From a bacterium (lineage in GTDB: Bacteria > Bacillota > Clostridia > Oscillospirales > Acutalibacteraceae): a stretch of DNA of 64,000 bases. The notes beneath the pieces were generated by a model. It was given only the letters and a program-made list of their open reading frames with translations. It made no database searches and was not told where the DNA came from. The position numbers were made by a program, and so were the translations under genes. The DNA lies in the NCBI GenBank assembly GCA_963654285.1, contig CAVJZG010000003.1:21197-85196 (forward strand), read 5' to 3'. This document shows, one piece after another, positions 59,439 through 64,000 of the stretch (positions within the stretch are counted from its first letter, which is position 1; each line of letters begins with the position of its first letter).

Positions 59439-59945
59439 TTATCCAACGGTAGGCCTTCCGCAATAATCACATTTTGCCGCATTCCCAGCGGTCGTAATTA
59501 CAAAAGCCCCGCACCCTTGACACTGAATTACTTTGATTTGAGCCGATATATTCTCCTTGTCCTCTTCCGGAATATTGGCTGGAAAAGAAATTCGAGAACG
59601 AGCTAAAGAGGTCACGGCTTCAGTTATCTGTCGAATCCATTCGTTTTTCTGGCTTCTTGTTACAACAAAGGAAAGTTCCTCACCGTACTTTGTATAAAAT
59701 GTGATATTAAAAGAAATCAAATTTGTTGTTGTTTTTATGTTGACGGTATTACCTTGCGTTTGAATATCAGAAAGTTGATATTCATCAAATTTAGAACCAA
59801 AGTTAAAACCATGTGCTTGGAAAACGATTCTTTGATCTGTCAAAAACAGTTTCCCGCCTTTGCTTCCAAAAGTTTCCCATTTGTTGGCCGAGCCAGACAT
59901 CAATAGCTTTTCATTTTGTCTGAGTGTTAATTCCTTAAATCCCAT
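59439..59945 (-). CDS. GRAM/PH-like domain protein with C-terminal zinc ribbon
   Basis: GGKLFLTDQRIVFQAHGFN; CQGCGA...CDYCG; GGAGG RBS. Confidence 0.78.
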   Translation of the reverse strand: MGFKELTLRQNEKLLMSGSANKWETFGSKGGKLFLTDQRIVFQAHGFNFGSKFDEYQLSDIQTQGNTVNIKTTTNLISFNITFYTKYGEELSFVVTRSQKNEWIRQITEAVTSLARSRISFPANIPEEDKENISAQIKVIQCQGCGAFVITTAGNAAKCDYCGRPTVG

Positions 59946-60148
59946 AATTGCCCTCCATTAATGTTAATACTAAAATATATAATCTTGTTTGACACACAAT
60001 GGTTGCTTAATAATTGTCGCACATTGTGTATATACCGATTATGCTTGGTGTTGGTAATGATAGATATATTGCCTTCTGTCCTGTTTGGTTTTTATACTCG
60101 AGAATGATATATAGGATGGTGCATTTATCCTAATTCGTTTTCGATAGC

Positions 60149-60355
60149 TTATTCATCGAAATGATGCAAACCATCATAGGTTAAATCAAATCCAACTGCT
60201 TGCATACCTATATATCGAACATTGTCAATAAGCCCCTCTTTTTTAAGTTTGTCAATAATTGCTCTGTCATCATAACTGATAGGCAAAAAATTAACTGAAC
60301 CAAAGTCGCTTTTTTGTTTGATTGCTTTAGCAAGAAAAGCTTCAAATTCTTTCAT
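60149..60355 (-). CDS. small hypothetical protein, possibly winged-helix-like
   Basis: 68 aa with GAGGAG RBS; IIDKLKKEGLI...LTYDG pattern resembles wHTH wings. Confidence 0.65.
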   Translation of the reverse strand: MKEFEAFLAKAIKQKSDFGSVNFLPISYDDRAIIDKLKKEGLIDNVRYIGMQAVGFDLTYDGLHHFDE

Positions 60356-60377
60356 GTAACATCTCTCCTCAGAATTT

Positions 60378-60405
60378 TAGCAACATAATTCTTATTATGT
60401 TGTAC
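60378..60405. other. dif-like tyrosine-recombinase site, left (IRL)
   Basis: TAGCAACATAA-TTCTTA-TTATGTTGTAC (11-6-11 layout). Confidence 0.8.
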
Positions 60406-60414
60406 ATAGAGCAA

Positions 60415-60442
60415 TAAAAAATCCTGCCACAAAGATAGCAGG
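60415..60442 (-). terminator. terminator inside the invertible segment
   Basis: Minus strand CCTGC-loop-GCAGG-ATTTTTT. Confidence 0.55.
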
Positions 60443-60567
60443 TCAAAAAAGAGTATAGCAAAGCAAGCCTTCTCAAAATTGTCGAAAAAGATAAGGAGAA
60501 AAGGCTTTATTGTCATGTTCACTTTCCGACAATTATGAGTTTTTCATACTTTTCTCAATCAAAGTGC

Positions 60568-60596
60568 TTTACAAACCGTCCTCGTTATGCTATAAT
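60568..60596 (+). promoter_or_regulatory. sigma-A promoter inside the invertible segment
   Basis: TTTACA-17-TATAAT with extended -10 TG; points toward the right site with no plus-strand gene downstream. Confidence 0.75.
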
Positions 60597-60639
60597 ACAA
60601 TACGTAAATTGAGTTTGCTATATCCGTCAAGGAAATTCA

Positions 60640-60667
60640 ATACAACATAATAAGAATTATGTTTCCG
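60640..60667. other. dif-like tyrosine-recombinase site, right (IRR), inverted relative to IRL
   Basis: ATACAACATAA-TAAGAA-TTATGTTTCCG. Spacer TAAGAA is the reverse complement of TTCTTA; 60641-60663 is a perfect inverted copy of 60382-60404. Confidence 0.8.
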
Positions 60668-60689
60668 CCGCCGATTTTGGTGGCTGTTT

Positions 60690-61532
60690 TTATATTATCA
60701 ACCGCATATTCTCCATACGCTGACGGTGTTCTGTTCCAGTGGAAATAATATAAATTCGGGTTGTATTTATGCTTGAGTGGCCGAGAATATCTGCAAGCTT
60801 GGCAATGTCCTTTTCAATTCCGTAAAAGACACGGGCGAACAGGTGACGCAGATTATGAGGAAACACCTTTTGCGGGTTTACATTTGCCTCTTCGCACAAC
60901 GCTTTCATTTCCCGCCAAATGTTAGTACGGCTTATCGGCTTGCCTGTCCTTGTCACAAAAATCATACCGCTTTTAATATTTTGCTCTGCTGCGTAGCGGA
61001 GTAATTTTTGTTTTAACTCCTTTACGATAAAAACCGACCGTGTTTTTGCTTTGCAGTTTACAACCGCCTCACCATGCTGTACCGCCTCAACCGTTATATA
61101 TTGCAGTTCGCTTACACGGATACCCGTGCCGCAAATCGTTTGCAAAATAAGATTAAGCCTTTCATTGTCTTTACGCTCCGCTGCTTTGCAAAGCCGCGCG
61201 TATTCCGCTTTTGTCAACTCTTTTTCTTCGGGGCAGAATACCTGTTGTTGCAGTTTAAGTGATTTTACCTTTAAATCGTGCCAACCTAAAAATGAAAACA
61301 AACTGTTGATACTTGCAAGCATTGAATTTACACTCCGCACGGCATAGTTTTCTTGTAAATGCTTCTTGTATGCGATTACAGTTTCTTTTGTAATATCAGA
61401 GTTTTGCGTATATACAGAAAACGCTTTGACATCACGGATATATTTTTCAACCGTTATTTCGCTCCTTTCCTCTAAGATAAGATGCTCCTTAAATTCGGCA
61501 ATCATTTTTGCCGTAATAAATCGTCCTTTCAT
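60690..61532 (-). CDS. XerD-like tyrosine recombinase
   Basis: 280 aa; catalytic residues intact: GIRVSE (R), CKAK (K), HNLRH (HxxR), LGHS (H), TTRIY (Y). GGAGG RBS. Confidence 0.93.
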   Translation of the reverse strand: MKGRFITAKMIAEFKEHLILEERSEITVEKYIRDVKAFSVYTQNSDITKETVIAYKKHLQENYAVRSVNSMLASINSLFSFLGWHDLKVKSLKLQQQVFCPEEKELTKAEYARLCKAAERKDNERLNLILQTICGTGIRVSELQYITVEAVQHGEAVVNCKAKTRSVFIVKELKQKLLRYAAEQNIKSGMIFVTRTGKPISRTNIWREMKALCEEANVNPQKVFPHNLRHLFARVFYGIEKDIAKLADILGHSSINTTRIYIISTGTEHRQRMENMRLII

Positions 61533-61828
61533 TTTGGTTTACCTCCGAGTATTTTCTAATATTTTACTCGAAAAGTATGAAAACAGAAATTGTCACTGTT
61601 TATTGTAGAAAAAACAGCGGCAATAATCGAATGTGCGGATAAGAACGAGCGTCAAATAACTTTATCGGACACCCAAAAGACTGATAGAAAAGTGGTAACG
61701 GGATATTTTGTCCCATTACCGAAATATGAATGAAGTTGGTAAAGGAACAAATTGTGCCTTTACCAAAAGTAATATAAAAACATAAGTGGCGGTTTCGAAA
61801 TTATGCGGTAACGGTAAAAAATATGGAC

Positions 61829-61878
61829 AAAAAGCCCCGATGAGTTTAGGTCTTCACCTAAATTCATCGGGGCTTTTT
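61829..61878. terminator. bidirectional terminator
   Basis: AAAAAGCCCCGATGA / TCATCGGGGCTTTTT long stem. Confidence 0.85.
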
Positions 61879-61883
61879 GCATT

Positions 61884-62793
61884 TTAATAGATTCCTTTTT
61901 CGGTCAGTTCTCTCCGTATCTTTTCGTATGCGCCGTTTACAATGCGGAAAGCGGTATCGGGTGAGGACAGCGTATGCTCGGCGGCAAGGTCTATGTAGGC
62001 TTTGCTTTTTCGCAGCAGCTTCACGGGCTTGCCGTTTTCGTCTTTGCCAAGCTCATAAATACCGTAACACTCCGTACAAAACCCAAGGTGATCGGCAACC
62101 ATCGTGCGCTCACGGTAATCGAGATTTTCGTAAGCGTCAAAAAGAGCGTCGGTTTGCCACTGTTTGAAAAACAGCCTTTCGGGATTGGATGTTCTGTCAG
62201 CGGGTATATCCTCCGCCGTGCTTTCGCCGTCCTCATCGGCATAACGGCGGTAAAAGTCTGTATAATGAGTGCTGTCAATGCCTGCTCGGATAATTTCTTT
62301 GGTATCCTTAATACTTTTGCCGATCTCTGCGGCAATTTTTGTTATGGTTTCCTCATCAAAATTATACTCGTGCTTTGCGTACAGCGCCATCACCTTTTTA
62401 AGCGTGCGGTATTCATCCACGCTCTGTACCGAATGGCCCTGTCGCATTGTGCGAATGTAGTTGTCTATCTCGCTTTTTACATAGAACTCTTTGAATATGA
62501 GAAACGGAACGCCCCGTGGAAATATCGTATTTTTGCAGTGTCTTGCAGATACCGAAAATATACGCCTGCTTTAGGTCGGCAAAATGCCCCTGCATAGCGG
62601 TTTCCTGCACTGTTTGCATGATGACCGTATTGAGCCGAGGTTCATAATAATGCAAAAACCAACTGAGATATTTTTCGTCTTTTTCAGCAAGGTAAAGGAC
62701 AATATACTCCTGAAAGTCGCTCACTTTCGGCGGCGCCGGTTTCATACGGTATAGGTATAGATCTTCCGTCCAACGATTATTTTTCACCGGCAC
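61884..62793 (-). pseudogene. sigma-70-like protein, frameshifted at 62512-62515
   Basis: Removing one G from ACGGGGCGTT joins the two ORFs: DLKQAYIFGICKTLQKYDISTG-VPFLIFKEFYVKSEIDNYIR (region 2-like) to YENLDYRERTMV...(region 4-like). Confidence 0.75.
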
Positions 62794-62803
62794 ACATCCT
62801 TTC

Positions 62804-63937
62804 TCATTTCATCTTTTTGTCCGTTTCGGCATACAGCGCCTCACGGCTCATAGCCTTTCTGTATTCCTCTTTTGCGTATCTGTCATCCATCTGCGCCCGC
62901 AGTTTATGCTCCTTGGCAAGCCGCTTTGCGGTTTCGGCAAACTCTGTTTTAATTGCTCCTCTGCCGCACTCAGTGCGGATAGCGGCACAGCGGCGGTTGT
63001 ATACTGCCGCAATCGGATCGTTCTCCGCCTTTTCTTTGCGGTTCAGTACAGCGGCGTATTTGCGGCAGGAAATTTTATTGCCCCTATATAATTCCGGCGC
63101 AATACCGTAGGAGCAATATTTCTGCCGCCGTGCGCTTTGCATAAGGAAATACTTGCCGCAGATCTCACACCTGCGTGGATAATGCCCATAGTGCAAGCCT
63201 TCAAAAAAGTCGGTCAGGATAAGGCTGTAATAACTATCAAAGTTGAGCCGTTTGGCAAGTGTTGCGTTTATGCTTTTGGTATTCTTCTTAACGGCAATAT
63301 ATTTACCGCTTTGCGTAAAATGATGTTCACCGAAAACCTCTAACGCCGGCGGCAGTAAATGCGCCTCGTCCAGGCGTTCGGCCTCGTCAACACGCTCACA
63401 GAATTTTATCAGTTTACCGTGAGCGTCAATTAAATCCTCTGAGAGCGTATCAAAGAAACGGAGTATGGATCGAATTTCTGCAATTCTTTCCTCGGTAGCC
63501 GAAAAATCTGCTGTGCGCTTTATTCTTTCCGCCGTGTCTGCGGCAATTTCGTCTTGCGGTAACAAACTGAGCTTTGCTTTTGCGGCGAAGTGTTTGCAAA
63601 TTTCTTGCCCGATCTGCTCTGTAAAGAGCGTTTCAACCGTATTCCGTATTTCTTCTACTTTCAACCTGTCAAAAGGCTTTAGTTTCGGCAGAGCATTTAA
63701 TGATTGCAGGGTATTAGCGCCTGTTTTCACAAAGTCGGAAATATTGAGATACCCGTCCTGCAACTGCCGCAATATATGAAAGTTCAACTCGTCCCGAAAC
63801 ACGGCGATTCGCGCAGCGGTATCGTTTATGTAAAACTGATTGAGCAGATGTACGGCGAACGTTCCGGCAGGATAGTGCTTGCCGCCGAATATTACTCTGC
63901 CGTCACGGTAGTCGGCGGTAAAAAACGAAGAAATCAT
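62804..63937 (-). CDS. DUF6076-like protein (C-terminal Cys cluster)
   Basis: 377 aa; RRCEICGKYF...QKYC...SCR followed by a basic helical tail; AAGGAG upstream. Confidence 0.7.
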   Translation of the reverse strand: MISSFFTADYRDGRVIFGGKHYPAGTFAVHLLNQFYINDTAARIAVFRDELNFHILRQLQDGYLNISDFVKTGANTLQSLNALPKLKPFDRLKVEEIRNTVETLFTEQIGQEICKHFAAKAKLSLLPQDEIAADTAERIKRTADFSATEERIAEIRSILRFFDTLSEDLIDAHGKLIKFCERVDEAERLDEAHLLPPALEVFGEHHFTQSGKYIAVKKNTKSINATLAKRLNFDSYYSLILTDFFEGLHYGHYPRRCEICGKYFLMQSARRQKYCSYGIAPELYRGNKISCRKYAAVLNRKEKAENDPIAAVYNRRCAAIRTECGRGAIKTEFAETAKRLAKEHKLRAQMDDRYAKEEYRKAMSREALYAETDKKMK

Positions 63938-64000
63938 TGTCCTTTGCTCCTTTGGATTATTCTATCATAAGTGCTGTACCATAAAACGGACTCGGCAAAA

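Larger units (their letters stand above)
57303..64000. mobile_element. integrated mobile element / genomic island; left end near 57303, right end beyond the window
   Basis: Putative att core TGGTACGGATG, tnpV, AT-rich cargo, tyrosine recombinase, sigma-like gene and DUF6076-like gene. Boundaries are inferred. Confidence 0.65.

Noticed and set aside
57860..60355. Integron-like cassette array with a site between each gene
   Set aside because: No further ACATAA-N6-TTATGT or attC-like sites were found by eye between the cargo genes.
60378..60667. Sites as the chromosomal dif locus
   Set aside because: Two inverted copies inside an accessory element next to a dedicated recombinase fit an inversion switch better. 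Action by host Xer proteins is not excluded.

Overview
Chromosomal window from a low-GC Gram-positive gut anaerobe. Gene content suggests Clostridia, probably Oscillospirales; this is inference. About 1-55.7 kb is mostly core genome: pheST with a Phe T-box, phoH-ybeY-era-yqzL-recO-mutS2, ylxM-ffh-rpsP-khpA-rimM-trmD, ptsH, uvrC, rsmD-coaD, and a dcw cluster from mraZ to ftsZ that lacks murF, murD and ftsA. Glycan-foraging genes are interspersed (GH29, GH33, GH38, GH18, a sulfatase, three GPH transporters). From about 55.7 kb the DNA is accessory: a GNAT gene bracketed by a duplicated 63-bp promoter-like repeat, a patchwork of gene remnants including an M.HaeIII-like methyltransferase stub, a probable tRNA-3'-end att scar, and an integrated element (tnpV, cargo, tyrosine recombinase, frameshifted sigma-like gene, DUF6076-like gene) that runs off the window. 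The best candidate novel system is next to the intact tyrosine recombinase. Two dif-like sites (ACATAA-N6-TTATGT) form a perfect 23-bp inverted repeat around a ~260-bp segment carrying a strong sigma-A promoter and a terminator. This is a predicted invertible phase-variation switch, currently OFF, in front of a small wHTH-like gene and a GRAM/Zn-ribbon + SPFH + membrane-protein cargo. All calls come from reading the sequence; no searches were run.
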